This document shows, piece after piece, positions 1 through 9,001 of a stretch of DNA of 64,000 nt. This DNA is from Escherichia phage vB-Eco-KMB39. The stretch lies in sequence record OR539219.1; one strand, 5' to 3'. The notes below the pieces were generated by a model that was not told the origin of the DNA, made no database searches, and worked only from the letters and a program-made list of their open reading frames with translations. Position numbers and translations under genes: made by a program. Position 1 is the stretch's first letter. Each line of letters opens with the position of its first letter.

Positions 1-144
1 TTATCTGCAAATCCTTACACTGTAGCAAAAGATGAAAAAGAAGCAAGAATAATTGATGGTGGAGACATGGATAAAATGGCGGGTCGTTCAGATTTGTCTG
101 TTTTATTAGGTGTTAAGCTACCAAAAATTATCGTTGATGAATAA
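1..144 (+). CDS. 24: C-terminal fragment of head vertex protein gene 24 (partial, runs off window start)
   Basis: Open frame from window edge ending in TAA at 142-144; position immediately before the rnlB/hoc block as in T4; identity by synteny and weak recall only. Confidence 0.5.
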   Translation, partial: LSANPYTVAKDEKEARIIDGGDMDKMAGRSDLSVLLGVKLPKIIVDE

Positions 145-147
145 AAC

Positions 148-173
148 AAAGGGACCGAAAGGTCCCTTTTTAT
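148..173. terminator. Bidirectional intrinsic terminator between convergent gene 24 and rnlB
   Basis: Hairpin AAAGGGACC-GAAA-GGTCCCTTT followed by T-run; U-rich on both strands. Confidence 0.6.
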
Positions 174-1178
174 TTAGCTTACCAATTCAATCCAAGCCGG
201 ACGAAGTACATCTTGTACCATTTTAACTAATTCCTTTTTAATCAAAGAAGGATTATCCGCTTGAGTTAGAGTAATACCTTCACGAGAAGTTTCTTCCAAA
301 ATATCTTGAACAGTTAGTCCCATCACTTTTCCAAAATCCTTCGGACCAATTTCGCCAATTTTAGAAATAACGTTATTTACTCGGTTCAGTGTAACGTAAC
401 AAGCTAAAATTCCCAGCAATTTATTATCAGCTTCTGACAGTTCAACTTTAGCTTTAATAGGCTTATCAGACTTTTTCTTTTCACTAAATTTAGAGTTCTT
501 GCATTTAATCGCTACGCGATTGCCATTAGGCATCCAAGAAGGATAACAAGGTTTCAATACATATCCTTCAGCAGTAAATACTTCGCCTTTTGCTTCGGCA
601 TTCCAAACGCATTTATTTGCATCAACTAATCCAGCATGGTCTACTGTAAAATTATAATCTTGAACGACAGAATCTAAATCGTTTGGCAATTTAATAAGCT
701 CTTCAAATTTACCGCGACCCAAAAGTGGAGCCATTTTAAATTTAAATGTATTACAGAATGATTCCATCATATAATCATCGACATAAGTCACATCACCACT
801 TTCGGTAGTAACAATAATGTCAAATACATAAAAATCTTTATCACCATAATCGACATTCTTCTGAATGCCAGGTCCAGCAAATTCGCCAAAGACTTGATAA
901 GATACAACTGCCGAAGTTTCCATAATATCTTGTACTGCTTTAATGGAATCAGCGTAATTTTTTAGAATAATTTCATACCCAAAGAAATCTTCAGCAGGAA
1001 GAATAGGACCAGTACGTTTAGCACAAGTTGCTTTATCGCGTTCAATAATCAGTGAGAAATTTGTGCCATGAATCTTTTCACGAGCTACCCATTCGCCGCC
1101 AGTCAATCCTAAACTGTAAAGTTTTTCAATGAATTTAGAATTGTAATGATTTTCAAGACTGCTATACTTTTTAAACAT
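174..1178 (-). CDS. rnlB: RNA ligase 2 (Rnl2, gene 24.1)
   Basis: 334 aa ORF; sequence [42 protein letters not shown]... matches recalled T4 Rnl2 almost residue for residue, including the ligase KIHG lysine motif. Confidence 0.93.
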   Translation of the reverse strand: MFKKYSSLENHYNSKFIEKLYSLGLTGGEWVAREKIHGTNFSLIIERDKATCAKRTGPILPAEDFFGYEIILKNYADSIKAVQDIMETSAVVSYQVFGEFAGPGIQKNVDYGDKDFYVFDIIVTTESGDVTYVDDYMMESFCNTFKFKMAPLLGRGKFEELIKLPNDLDSVVQDYNFTVDHAGLVDANKCVWNAEAKGEVFTAEGYVLKPCYPSWMPNGNRVAIKCKNSKFSEKKKSDKPIKAKVELSEADNKLLGILACYVTLNRVNNVISKIGEIGPKDFGKVMGLTVQDILEETSREGITLTQADNPSLIKKELVKMVQDVLRPAWIELVS

Positions 1179-1187
1179 AATTAATCC

Positions 1188-1466
1188 TCAAAATGTAATT
1201 TCTAACCAATCACCATCACGCTGGTCACTATTGACTTTAAAGCTAAATCCTTCTTTTCTCAGCCAATCACCAATTTCTTCAGTAATCAATTTATCGCGAG
1301 CAGTGCAATAATAACTAAAATATGTTTTACCTTGTTCAGCTGCTTTATTAGCAAGTTCCGAAAAATCTTTAATAAAACACTCTAGCTTAAACTGTTTGCT
1401 TTTAAGTGCTTTTTCGCGTAATTGATTAGCAAAAGATTCATTTTCATAAAGATCATACTGTTCCAT
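1188..1466 (-). CDS. Hypothetical protein (position of T4 24.2)
   Basis: 92 aa ORF tightly packed downstream of rnlB; synteny only. Confidence 0.55.
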   Translation of the reverse strand: MEQYDLYENESFANQLREKALKSKQFKLECFIKDFSELANKAAEQGKTYFSYYCTARDKLITEEIGDWLRKEGFSFKVNSDQRDGDWLEITF

Positions 1467-1668
1467 TTTTCACCTTCTTATTAATATGTCTTTTTCTATA
1501 GACAACTTTTTCTCGAGTCTCAAATTTATTCTTAGCAGTCATAGCTCGAGCCCATAATACAGCCACTTCCTTTGCCTGTAAGTTCAATTCACGAGCAATT
1601 TCAATGAATGACTTTCCAGACTCATGGAGTGTAAACACCACAACCTCAGTTCTCATAATCAATCTCAT
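1453..1668 (-). CDS. Hypothetical small protein (position of T4 24.3)
   Basis: 71 aa ORF; 14 nt overlap with the next gene; synteny only. Confidence 0.5.
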   Translation of the reverse strand: MRLIMRTEVVVFTLHESGKSFIEIARELNLQAKEVAVLWARAMTAKNKFETREKVVYRKRHINKKVKNGTV

Positions 1669-1735
1669 GTTATCGAGTTGGTGCCATTATATACATCGTT
1701 TTCTGATTGTGTTTTGTGTGCTTTCAAAATGAAGA

Positions 1736-1752
1736 AAGGGGCCGAAGCCCCT
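1736..1752 (-). terminator. Hairpin terminator downstream of hoc
   Basis: GGGGCCGAAGCCCC; on the minus strand reads GGGGCUUCGGCCCC (UUCG tetraloop) followed by U-rich tract. Confidence 0.55.
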
Positions 1753-1756
1753 GAGA

Positions 1757-3175
1757 TTATGGATAGGTATAGATGATACCAGTTTCTAAAGCAGTTTTAT
1801 GAATGATGTATCCATTACGCGATTCTTGAACATCAACTTCTGGATAGTCTTTCATCATCTTCTGAAGAGTGTAACGATGCAAGTAGTACTTACTATCTGG
1901 ATCGTCAGTTTTCCAATCTTTACCTTCTTCAGTCATTTTTTGGATTTCATCCATAACCCACCAACCGCACCAGATATAAGCTGAAGTACGATGTGGAAGA
2001 GGATGAACATAAGGCAATTCACCTTCTGGTTCCGGAGCAACTTTATCAGTTACCTGAACTTGACCAGTCGCTTTAACTGTTTTACTATCATAGTCAGTTG
2101 CTGTAACGACAGCAGTAACTTCAATAGTTTGGCTTCCAATAGATGAGGTATCAACAGTATATACGTTAGTTGACCCTTCTACAGGAGAAGAATCTTTCTT
2201 CCATGAATACGTAATTTGTGCTTCTTCCGGAGCATCCGTAACATTAGCGGTAAATGTAGCCGAAGCATCTTGCTGAACATTAATAGAAGGAGGAGTCAAT
2301 GTAACCTGTGGATTCATTGTCTTCTTATTAACCGTTAATGATACTTCATTAGAAGTAACTGTTTTTGCGTCGTAATCCGTTGCTGTTACTTGGGCTATGC
2401 ATTTAATTTTTTTAACTCCAGCCACAGTTGGAGTATAGTTAAATGTAGAGTTAGTTTCTCCATCAACTTGTGAATCATCTACATACCACTGATACGTGGC
2501 AGACGCTCCATCAGGTTGAGAAGCTAAGGCAGCAGTAAATTGAACCGGGGTTCCAATTACTCCAGCAGCAGGACTATCAGGAGTTACTGCCAAGGTAGTT
2601 GTCTGCGTCTTTTTATTAACAGTCAGTGACACTTCATTAGAAGTAACTTCCTTTGTATCATAATCTGCCGCGGTTACTTGAGCTACACACTTAATTGTTT
2701 TAACTCCGCTTGTGGAAGGAGTGTAATTAAATGTAGCAGAAGTTGCTTCGCCCACAGGAGAACCGTCAACGTACCATTGATATGTAGCAGTTGCGCCCGA
2801 TGGCTGCGAAGCTAAAGCAGCAGTAAATTCAACAGCTGTTCCAATTACTCCTTCTGGAGGACTATTAGGAGTTACAGCTAAAGTAGTTGTCTGTGTCTTA
2901 TTTTGAACTGTGATAGTTGTAGTAGCTTCTGCTGTTTCAGCATCAGTATCTGGAACTGGGTTTGTTGCAACTACTTTAATAGTTTTTTGACCGGCAGGTC
3001 CTTTTAATACATAACTAAAAGTTGCAGATGTTTCTTCCTGTGGAACATCATCTACAGTCCAAGCATATGTAATAGGTCCATCTCCAGTTTGACCACTGGG
3101 TGTAGCAGTAAACTGCTGAGTCTGATCTATAACTCCAGTAGGTGTTTTAGGAGTTATATCAACTGTAAAAGCCAT
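1757..3175 (-). CDS. hoc: Hoc, highly immunogenic outer capsid protein, with four Ig-like domains
   Basis: 472 aa; tandem Ig-like ~95 aa modules plus C-terminal capsid-binding region; T4 Hoc is 376 aa, so one extra module. Confidence 0.88.
   Translation of the reverse strand: MAFTVDITPKTPTGVIDQTQQFTATPSGQTGDGPITYAWTVDDVPQEETSATFSYVLKGPAGQKTIKVVATNPVPDTDAETAEATTTITVQNKTQTTTLAVTPNSPPEGVIGTAVEFTAALASQPSGATATYQWYVDGSPVGEATSATFNYTPSTSGVKTIKCVAQVTAADYDTKEVTSNEVSLTVNKKTQTTTLAVTPDSPAAGVIGTPVQFTAALASQPDGASATYQWYVDDSQVDGETNSTFNYTPTVAGVKKIKCIAQVTATDYDAKTVTSNEVSLTVNKKTMNPQVTLTPPSINVQQDASATFTANVTDAPEEAQITYSWKKDSSPVEGSTNVYTVDTSSIGSQTIEVTAVVTATDYDSKTVKATGQVQVTDKVAPEPEGELPYVHPLPHRTSAYIWCGWWVMDEIQKMTEEGKDWKTDDPDSKYYLHRYTLQKMMKDYPEVDVQESRNGYIIHKTALETGIIYTYP
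2330..2899 (-). repeat. Internal tandem duplication (~285 bp x2) encoding two near-identical Ig-like domains within hoc
   Basis: Protein modules KTQTTTLAVTPNSPPEGVIGTAVEFTAALASQPSG...SLTVNKK and TQTTTLAVTPDSPAAGVIGTPVQFTAALASQPDG...SLTVNKK are ~80% identical; approximate DNA limits. Confidence 0.75.
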
Positions 3176-3184
3176 AAGTTATCC

Positions 3185-3865
3185 TTATTTTAATGTTACG
3201 AAAGAAGAGTTGCGTGTTTCACGAATTAAAACTGATCCGTCACGGTTAATGTAGTAAATTAAGCTAAATAAAGTTTGGTGTGCCGACGCGTGTTCAAAAC
3301 TAGTTGGGTGAGATTTCCAATCCGGAGTTTCAGCGATCCATTGATAAATCCACCAAGGAACCGTGCAAAATCCTGGATTTTTTCCAATCAGCTGAAGATT
3401 CGGACTAAAGTTTTCCGGAAGAGTAAATACAGACGGCTTTTCAGATTCAATAATCTCAGCTACAGCCTGTTCGAATTTTTCTTCAACAAAAGGAGTATCT
3501 TCAATCAAAACGTCAGTATTTTCGGGAATTTTATCCGTTTCTACTACTTCAATTTTAATGTCAGATTTAACCGGAGAATCAATCAGAAGTGCTGCTTCTG
3601 GATTGACTTCTTCATCGTCATATTTTAACCCCTCTGCGGCATCAGCAGCATTGATTAAGTCTTTAATAGATAACCCATCAGTCTCTGGCATAGGTTCACT
3701 AGCGAGCTTCTGGAGGGCTTCTTCAATATCAATAACGATATTATCAAAAGATTTATTCTTTTTGACCTTTATACCAAACTGTTCAGCATATTCAGCTAAT
3801 TTAGCTTTAGCTTCTTTATTATCATCAAGAGCCTTCAGCTCTGCAATATAATCTTTATCTATCAT
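3185..3865 (-). CDS. inh: Inh, inhibitor of prohead protease gp21
   Basis: 226 aa acidic ORF directly upstream of hoc, same length and position as T4 inh. Confidence 0.8.
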   Translation of the reverse strand: MIDKDYIAELKALDDNKEAKAKLAEYAEQFGIKVKKNKSFDNIVIDIEEALQKLASEPMPETDGLSIKDLINAADAAEGLKYDDEEVNPEAALLIDSPVKSDIKIEVVETDKIPENTDVLIEDTPFVEEKFEQAVAEIIESEKPSVFTLPENFSPNLQLIGKNPGFCTVPWWIYQWIAETPDWKSHPTSFEHASAHQTLFSLIYYINRDGSVLIRETRNSSFVTLK

Positions 3866-3878
3866 AATATTTCCTCAG

Positions 3879-3886
3879 TATAAATA
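3879..3886 (+). promoter_or_regulatory. T4-type late promoter (TATAAATA) for segD/uvsW
   Basis: Exact TATAAATA about 30 nt upstream of the segD ATG. Confidence 0.6.
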
Positions 3887-3914
3887 TAGATATATTTATT
3901 ACTCGGAAAATAGT

Positions 3915-4532
3915 ATGTACCACTTTGTATATGAAACAACAAATCTAATAAACGGTAAAAAGTATATAGGAAAACACTCTACTGATGACTTGAATGATGG
4001 TTACCTTGGTTCCGGTAAGGCAATTCAGCAGGCTATAAAGAAATATGGTGAAAACAATTTCTCTAGAACAATACTAAAAGAGTTTAAAACTTCCGAAGAA
4101 GCGTACATGTATGAAGAAGAAATTATAACTCCTGAAATAATAAAAAGCAAAAATTATTATAATATGAAACCTGGTGGAATTGGTGGAATTGTTATGACTA
4201 CAGAGGTTATAGCAAAGATGAAAGAATCTTCCGCTAAGAGATTTGAAAACTCACCGGGCACGGTATTAGGTACAACTTGTTACACCAATGGAACTAAAAA
4301 TATTTTTATTAAACCTGGAGAACTTGTTCCAGAAGGATTTGTAAAAGGGATGGTTCATCCTAATAGAAAGTCCAGAAAAGGATGTAAAGTCAAACCGACT
4401 ACCACAGGAACTTTTTGGGTCAATAATGGCGCAATAAATAAATTAATACAACCAGACGGTATTATTCCCGACGGATTTATTAAAGGTCGTCTCATGAAAA
4501 GAGATTCTAAAGGCAAATTTAGTAAGGCATAA
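3915..4532 (+). CDS. segD: GIY-YIG homing endonuclease SegD
   Basis: 205 aa; N-terminal GIY-YIG motif (VYETTNLINGKKYIGKH); located between inh and uvsW as T4 segD. Confidence 0.82.
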   Translation: MYHFVYETTNLINGKKYIGKHSTDDLNDGYLGSGKAIQQAIKKYGENNFSRTILKEFKTSEEAYMYEEEIITPEIIKSKNYYNMKPGGIGGIVMTTEVIAKMKESSAKRFENSPGTVLGTTCYTNGTKNIFIKPGELVPEGFVKGMVHPNRKSRKGCKVKPTTTGTFWVNNGAINKLIQPDGIIPDGFIKGRLMKRDSKGKFSKA

Positions 4533-4534
4533 TT

Positions 4535-6043
4535 ATGGATATTAAAGTACATTTTCACGACTTCAGTCATGTACGCATCGATTGTGAAGAGAGCACGTTC
4601 CACGAATTAAGAGATTTCTTTTCGTTTGAGGCAGATGGATATAGGTTTAATCCTCGCTTCAGATATGGCAACTGGGATGGACGAATCCGTCTTTTAGATT
4701 ATAATCGTCTTCTTCCGTTCGGCTTAGTCGGGCAAATTAAAAAGTTCTGCGATAACTTTGGCTATAAAGCCTGGATTGACCCTCAAATTAATGAAAAAGA
4801 AGAATTATCAAGAAAAGATTTTGATGAATGGCTTTCTAAATTAGAAATCTATTCAGGAAATAAAAGAATTGAACCACACTGGTATCAAAAAGATGCAGTG
4901 TTCGAAGGATTAGTTAATCGTCGCAGAATTCTTAATCTTCCAACATCCGCAGGTAAATCTTTAATTCAAGCTTTGCTTGCACGTTATTATTTGGAAAATT
5001 ATGAAGGTAAAATTCTTATCATTGTTCCAACAACTGCTCTGACAACTCAGATGGCTGATGACTTTGTTGACTATCGTTTATTCAGTCATGCAATGATAAA
5101 GAAAATCGGCGGCGGAGCATCAAAAGATGATAAATATAAAAATGATGCACCAGTCGTCGTTGGTACATGGCAAACTGTAGTTAAACAACCGAAAGAATGG
5201 TTCTCACAGTTTGGAATGATGATGAATGATGAATGTCATCTTGCTACAGGAAAAAGTATTTCATCTATCATATCAGGATTAAATAACTGTATGTTTAAAT
5301 TTGGTCTATCAGGTTCATTACGTGATGGCAAAGCCAATATCATGCAGTATGTTGGAATGTTTGGTGAAATATTTAAACCAGTAACGACTTCTAAATTAAT
5401 GGAAGATGGACAAGTAACTGAGCTAAAAATTAATAGTATTTTTCTTCGCTATCCCGATGAGTTCACTACTAAATTAAAGGGAAAAACTTACCAAGAAGAA
5501 ATAAAAATTATTACTGGACTCAGTAAAAGAAATAAATGGATTGCTAAATTAGCTATTAAACTTGCACAAAAAGATGAAAACGCTTTTGTCATGTTTAAGC
5601 ATGTATCACATGGTAAAGCTATTTTCGATTTAATTAAAAATGAATACGATAAAGTTTATTACGTATCAGGGGAAGTTGATACCGAAACACGCAACGTAAT
5701 GAAAACCCTAGCTGAAAACGGTAAAGGAATAATTATAGTAGCTAGTTATGGTGTATTTTCTACTGGTATTTCAGTTAAAAATCTGCATCACGTTGTTTTA
5801 GCGCACGGTGTTAAATCAAAAATCATTGTATTACAAACAATCGGTCGTGTATTACGTAAGCATGGTTCTAAGACAATAGCAACAGTCTGGGATCTTATAG
5901 ATGACGCGGGCGTAGTTTCTAAATCAAAAACATCTTCTAAAAAATACTCGCATTTAAACTATCTTTTAAAACATGGACTTGATCGTATTCAGCGTTATGC
6001 TGATGAAAAGTTTAATTATGTGATGAAAGAGGTTAAACTTTGA
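4535..6043 (+). CDS. uvsW: UvsW RNA-DNA and DNA helicase
   Basis: 502 aa; SF2 helicase motifs (Walker A region PTSAGKS, DECH box MMMNDECHLA); sequence matches recalled T4 UvsW. Confidence 0.92.
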   Translation: MDIKVHFHDFSHVRIDCEESTFHELRDFFSFEADGYRFNPRFRYGNWDGRIRLLDYNRLLPFGLVGQIKKFCDNFGYKAWIDPQINEKEELSRKDFDEWLSKLEIYSGNKRIEPHWYQKDAVFEGLVNRRRILNLPTSAGKSLIQALLARYYLENYEGKILIIVPTTALTTQMADDFVDYRLFSHAMIKKIGGGASKDDKYKNDAPVVVGTWQTVVKQPKEWFSQFGMMMNDECHLATGKSISSIISGLNNCMFKFGLSGSLRDGKANIMQYVGMFGEIFKPVTTSKLMEDGQVTELKINSIFLRYPDEFTTKLKGKTYQEEIKIITGLSKRNKWIAKLAIKLAQKDENAFVMFKHVSHGKAIFDLIKNEYDKVYYVSGEVDTETRNVMKTLAENGKGIIIVASYGVFSTGISVKNLHHVVLAHGVKSKIIVLQTIGRVLRKHGSKTIATVWDLIDDAGVVSKSKTSSKKYSHLNYLLKHGLDRIQRYADEKFNYVMKEVKL

Positions 6044-6732
6044 ATTATAAATTAATATATGATAATTTAATTAATAGAGCCCAGAATCGGGCTCGCCTTA
6101 ATGGATACACTGAAACACATCATATAATTCCTAGATGTATGGGTGGTACAAATGATAAGTGTAATTTAGTAGAACTAACGGCTGAAGAACATTTTATAGC
6201 CCATAAACTTTTAGCTAAAATTCATCCAAACCATTACGGTATAATTAAAGCTGTTATATGTATGGGGATGAATTCAAATACTCATGAAAGACACGTCAAT
6301 AAATCTTACGCATGGGAACGTCGTAAAATGGCAGAACTTCAATCCGGCGAAGGTAATCCATTTTACGGAAAACACCATACGGAAGAACATAAACAATATA
6401 TGTCAAAACTCATGAAAAGTCGTCCAATTACATGGGGAAATAAAATTAGTAAAACTAAAAGAATGAACCCAACGAAATGGACTGAAGAAGCTAAAAGATT
6501 ACATTCAATCAATCAATCGGGTAAAAATAACGGCATGTATGGAAGGAAACATTCCGCTAAATCTATTCAGAAAATTAAAGATAACATGCCAGATAATTCA
6601 GGAGCTAATAACCCAGCTGCTAAACCTATAGAAGTAAATGGTGTTAAGTATAAATGTATGAAAGATGCTTCTAAAGCTACTGGATTATCAATGTACAAAC
6701 TAAGAATACTTAGAAAAACAGTTAATTTATAA
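6040..6732 (+). CDS. Free-standing HNH homing endonuclease (Mob family) inserted after uvsW; TTG start overlapping uvsW stop
   Basis: 230 aa; N-terminus MNYKLIYDNLINRAQ...TETHHIIPRCMGGTNDKCNLVELTAEEHFIAHKLL closely parallels MobE at 33608-34339; repeated NUMOD3-like GKHHTEEHK/GRKHSAKS motifs; only in-frame start is TTG at 6040 preceded by AAAGAGG. Confidence 0.8.
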   Translation: MNYKLIYDNLINRAQNRARLNGYTETHHIIPRCMGGTNDKCNLVELTAEEHFIAHKLLAKIHPNHYGIIKAVICMGMNSNTHERHVNKSYAWERRKMAELQSGEGNPFYGKHHTEEHKQYMSKLMKSRPITWGNKISKTKRMNPTKWTEEAKRLHSINQSGKNNGMYGRKHSAKSIQKIKDNMPDNSGANNPAAKPIEVNGVKYKCMKDASKATGLSMYKLRILRKTVNL

Positions 6733-6744
6733 GGGCTTCGGCCC
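6733..6744 (+). terminator. Hairpin after HNH gene
   Basis: GGGCTTCGGCCC (UUCG loop) then TTTGG; weak T-run. Confidence 0.4.
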
Positions 6745-6757
6745 TTTGGAGAAAAAG

Positions 6758-6988
6758 ATGTTACTAGAATTTAAACAATTTCTTTATGAAGCTTCTATTG
6801 ATGAATTTATGGGTAAAATTGCCTCTTGTCAAACATTAGAAGGTTTAGAAGAACTTGAAGCTTATTATAAGAAAAGAGTTAAAGAAACTGAATTAAAAGA
6901 TACTGATGACATCTCTGTGAGAGATGCTTTGGCAGGAAAAAGAGCTGAATTAGAAGATTCAGATGATGAAGTAGAAGAAAGCTTTTAA
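6758..6988 (+). CDS. uvsW.1: UvsW.1 small acidic protein
   Basis: 76 aa from ATG at 6758 (MLLEFKQFLYEASIDEF...); matches recalled T4 UvsW.1; ORF-track start at 6746 is a TTG. Confidence 0.8.
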   Translation: MLLEFKQFLYEASIDEFMGKIASCQTLEGLEELEAYYKKRVKETELKDTDDISVRDALAGKRAELEDSDDEVEESF

Positions 6989-6997
6989 ATTAAAAAA

Positions 6998-7020
6998 GGC
7001 CCAACCAAAAAGGAAGGGCC
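6998..7020. terminator. Possible hairpin between convergent uvsW.1 and uvsY.-2
   Basis: GGCCC...GGGCC inverted repeat with large A-rich loop; weak. Confidence 0.3.
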
Positions 7021-7043
7021 AAAACTATAGACTAAAGGTCACA

Positions 7044-7211
7044 CTATAGCAAAAGTTGTGTTTCATTTAATTGTTCTTCCGAACTTTCTGAAACTGGTAG
7101 TTCTTTAATGTAATTATAACAAGGCCCAGGATGTACAGGACCTTTGTCTGTTTCAACAACCAATGCAGAATCGATTGGAGTTTTACAGACAACACAAATC
7201 TTATCTGACAT
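7044..7211 (-). CDS. Small Cys-rich protein (position of T4 uvsY.-2), below ORF-track length cutoff
   Basis: Hand-translated 55 aa ORF MSDKICVVCKTPIDSALVVETDKGPVHPGPCYNYIKEL...; CxxC...C pattern. Confidence 0.55.
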   Translation of the reverse strand: MSDKICVVCKTPIDSALVVETDKGPVHPGPCYNYIKELPVSESSEEQLNETQLLL

Positions 7212-7239
7212 GATTGTCTCCTCTAAATTATATATCTAT

Positions 7240-7464
7240 TTATATAACTCTCATATGCATATCAATACCCATATCTTTAGAATAAAAATATTCATCAAGA
7301 TATCCAGCAAATTTTCCTTTAATATAAAGGACATCTTCACCACACGGGTGGTCGGCCAGGATACGAATATCCTGACGCTTAAGATTATACTTTTTCATTA
7401 AGAATTGAATCTCAGTTTCAAATTCTTCTTCATAATTAAAAGCATCATCAATGCTATATCTCAT
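7240..7464 (-). CDS. Hypothetical protein (position of T4 uvsY.-1)
   Basis: 74 aa ORF immediately downstream of uvsY. Confidence 0.6.
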   Translation of the reverse strand: MRYSIDDAFNYEEEFETEIQFLMKKYNLKRQDIRILADHPCGEDVLYIKGKFAGYLDEYFYSKDMGIDMHMRVI

Positions 7465-7877
7465 TATTTTCCAGCCTCAAATGCTCGCATGTCTTGAATG
7501 TGCTTAATAGCAAATCCACGTGATTTAATAGCATCAAGAGCTCCGCTACAGAAATCTAATAAAATCCCCCAATACTGTAACGAGGTATCAACCTTTAAAA
7601 CATCCTTATCAGCTGATAGAACTGTCTTCATTTCTGATTTCTCGTAACGATCCATACTAAATTCATCACCATCTCCTCGTCCCGAGTAGTAGTCTAATTT
7701 AGCTTTAAGAGCAACTTTCTTTTGCGCGTCAATTCTAAGCATTTCCTTTTTAATACTTGAATGCTTATTAAGCCATTTACTATATAACATCACATTATTA
7801 GCTGCTTCATACTGTAATTTAGTCGAATCTATAAACACATCTTTCTTCAATTCTTCTTGAAGATCTTCTAATCTCAT
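7464..7877 (-). CDS. uvsY: UvsY recombination mediator
   Basis: 137 aa; MRLEDLQEELKKDVFIDSTKLQYEAANNV... matches recalled T4 UvsY. Confidence 0.92.
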   Translation of the reverse strand: MRLEDLQEELKKDVFIDSTKLQYEAANNVMLYSKWLNKHSSIKKEMLRIDAQKKVALKAKLDYYSGRGDGDEFSMDRYEKSEMKTVLSADKDVLKVDTSLQYWGILLDFCSGALDAIKSRGFAIKHIQDMRAFEAGK

Positions 7878-7917
7878 ATTGTTCTCTATTCAATTGTTAT
7901 TGGATGGACTTAGATTC

Positions 7918-7944
7918 ATTATACCACGTTTTAACGTGAAGCAT
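7918..7944 (-). promoter_or_regulatory. MotA-dependent middle promoter upstream of uvsY
   Basis: On minus strand: MotA box ATGCTTCA, 13 nt spacer, -10 TATAAT, about 40 nt upstream of the uvsY ATG. Confidence 0.65.
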
Positions 7945-8342
7945 TATACTCTATTACTAGAAGCCAGTTGCAGTTTTATCTGCTCAATATCATCAGGGTT
8001 ATCGATGACCGAAAAACGTATTTCTACTATCAGAGTATAATCATCATAAACGGGTATCACATTAACTGCTAATTTATCAATACGTGGCTCATAGTTTCTT
8101 ACTGCGCTTTCGATATTACGCTCAACTGTGTCAGCAGTAAGAGGAGTCATATTTTCAAAAAGCTGGTCTGATAAATCACATCCAAATTCAGGGTCAAACG
8201 GTCTTGAACCTTTTCTTGTTGTAATAATTCCCAAAAGACTGTTTTTAATTGACCTTAATCCAAGTGATCTGGAAACGTCTTTGTTCCAATCCATTTTCAT
8301 TTCCGGGTCAATGTCAGAATAAAGCTTATTAATATTTGACAT
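7944..8342 (-). CDS. 25: Baseplate wedge protein gp25
   Basis: 132 aa, same length and order as T4 gp25. Confidence 0.88.
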   Translation of the reverse strand: MSNINKLYSDIDPEMKMDWNKDVSRSLGLRSIKNSLLGIITTRKGSRPFDPEFGCDLSDQLFENMTPLTADTVERNIESAVRNYEPRIDKLAVNVIPVYDDYTLIVEIRFSVIDNPDDIEQIKLQLASSNRV

Positions 8343-8968
8343 TATAGTAACTCAAAGAACTCTTTGAGGCCTCTTATTACGTGAGCATGGGTTTTTCCAC
8401 ACTCTGGACACTTAATTGGAACAGCCAAATAAACAGTAGGCTTTAAAAGCATATCTTTTATAGCTACAATATCTGACTCTGTGATGATAGAATATAAATC
8501 TTCCAGTTCTTTTTCATTTAAGTCTTCAACTGGAATGCTTTCCCCGTTAGCATGAATCGTTTCTATACATGATACTATCATGTGGGCTATATTTTTATCA
8601 TCAAAAATTTTAGGGTATCGGAATTTAATTTTAATGTCACCCAGTGTATACCAGAGGTCTTCTGGTGCATCTATTTGTGTATGTAATAGATTTATATGGG
8701 TTGGTATTTCAGTTCCACAGGTGCACTTCCAGGAGTTTTCGTGATTAACTTCACCGAGAGAATGTGCCCATAAATGAATCAACAATAGTTCTGATTCTTG
8801 GCGGTTTAAATCTTTTGCATTTGTGCAGTCTTTGATTAGCTTTTTAACAATTACTTCTACGGAACCATTATTTTTGGCAGTAATAAGTTCTAGATATTCT
8901 TTAAGCGTGAATGCGCGACAATTGATTATTTTAGAACCAACTCTCACATCAAATTTGTATTCATACAT
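8342..8968 (-). CDS. 26: Baseplate hub protein gp26
   Basis: 208 aa; Cys-rich; synteny and size as T4 gp26. Confidence 0.85.
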   Translation of the reverse strand: MYEYKFDVRVGSKIINCRAFTLKEYLELITAKNNGSVEVIVKKLIKDCTNAKDLNRQESELLLIHLWAHSLGEVNHENSWKCTCGTEIPTHINLLHTQIDAPEDLWYTLGDIKIKFRYPKIFDDKNIAHMIVSCIETIHANGESIPVEDLNEKELEDLYSIITESDIVAIKDMLLKPTVYLAVPIKCPECGKTHAHVIRGLKEFFELL

Positions 8969-8989
8969 ATTTAGCTCCTTTATTTATCA

Positions 8990-8997
8990 TATTTATA
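8990..8997 (-). promoter_or_regulatory. Late promoter (TATAAATA on minus strand) for genes 26-25
   Basis: Plus-strand TATTTATA; overlaps the divergent late promoter for gene 51. Confidence 0.6.
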
Positions 8998-9001
8998 AAT
9001 A
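8994..9001 (+). promoter_or_regulatory. Late promoter (TATAAATA) for genes 51-27-28-29-48-54
   Basis: Exact TATAAATA 18 nt upstream of gene 51 ATG. Confidence 0.65.

Noticed and set aside
1799-1984. Plus-strand 61 aa ORF inside hoc, and similar antisense ORFs at 3275-3851, 8128-8322, 10605-10799, 16120-16347, 19085-19545 and 35804-36025
   Set aside because: They lie antisense to or out of frame within long, well-supported genes, have low-complexity or hydrophobic junk composition and no RBS; judged to be chance ORFs from AT-rich sequence
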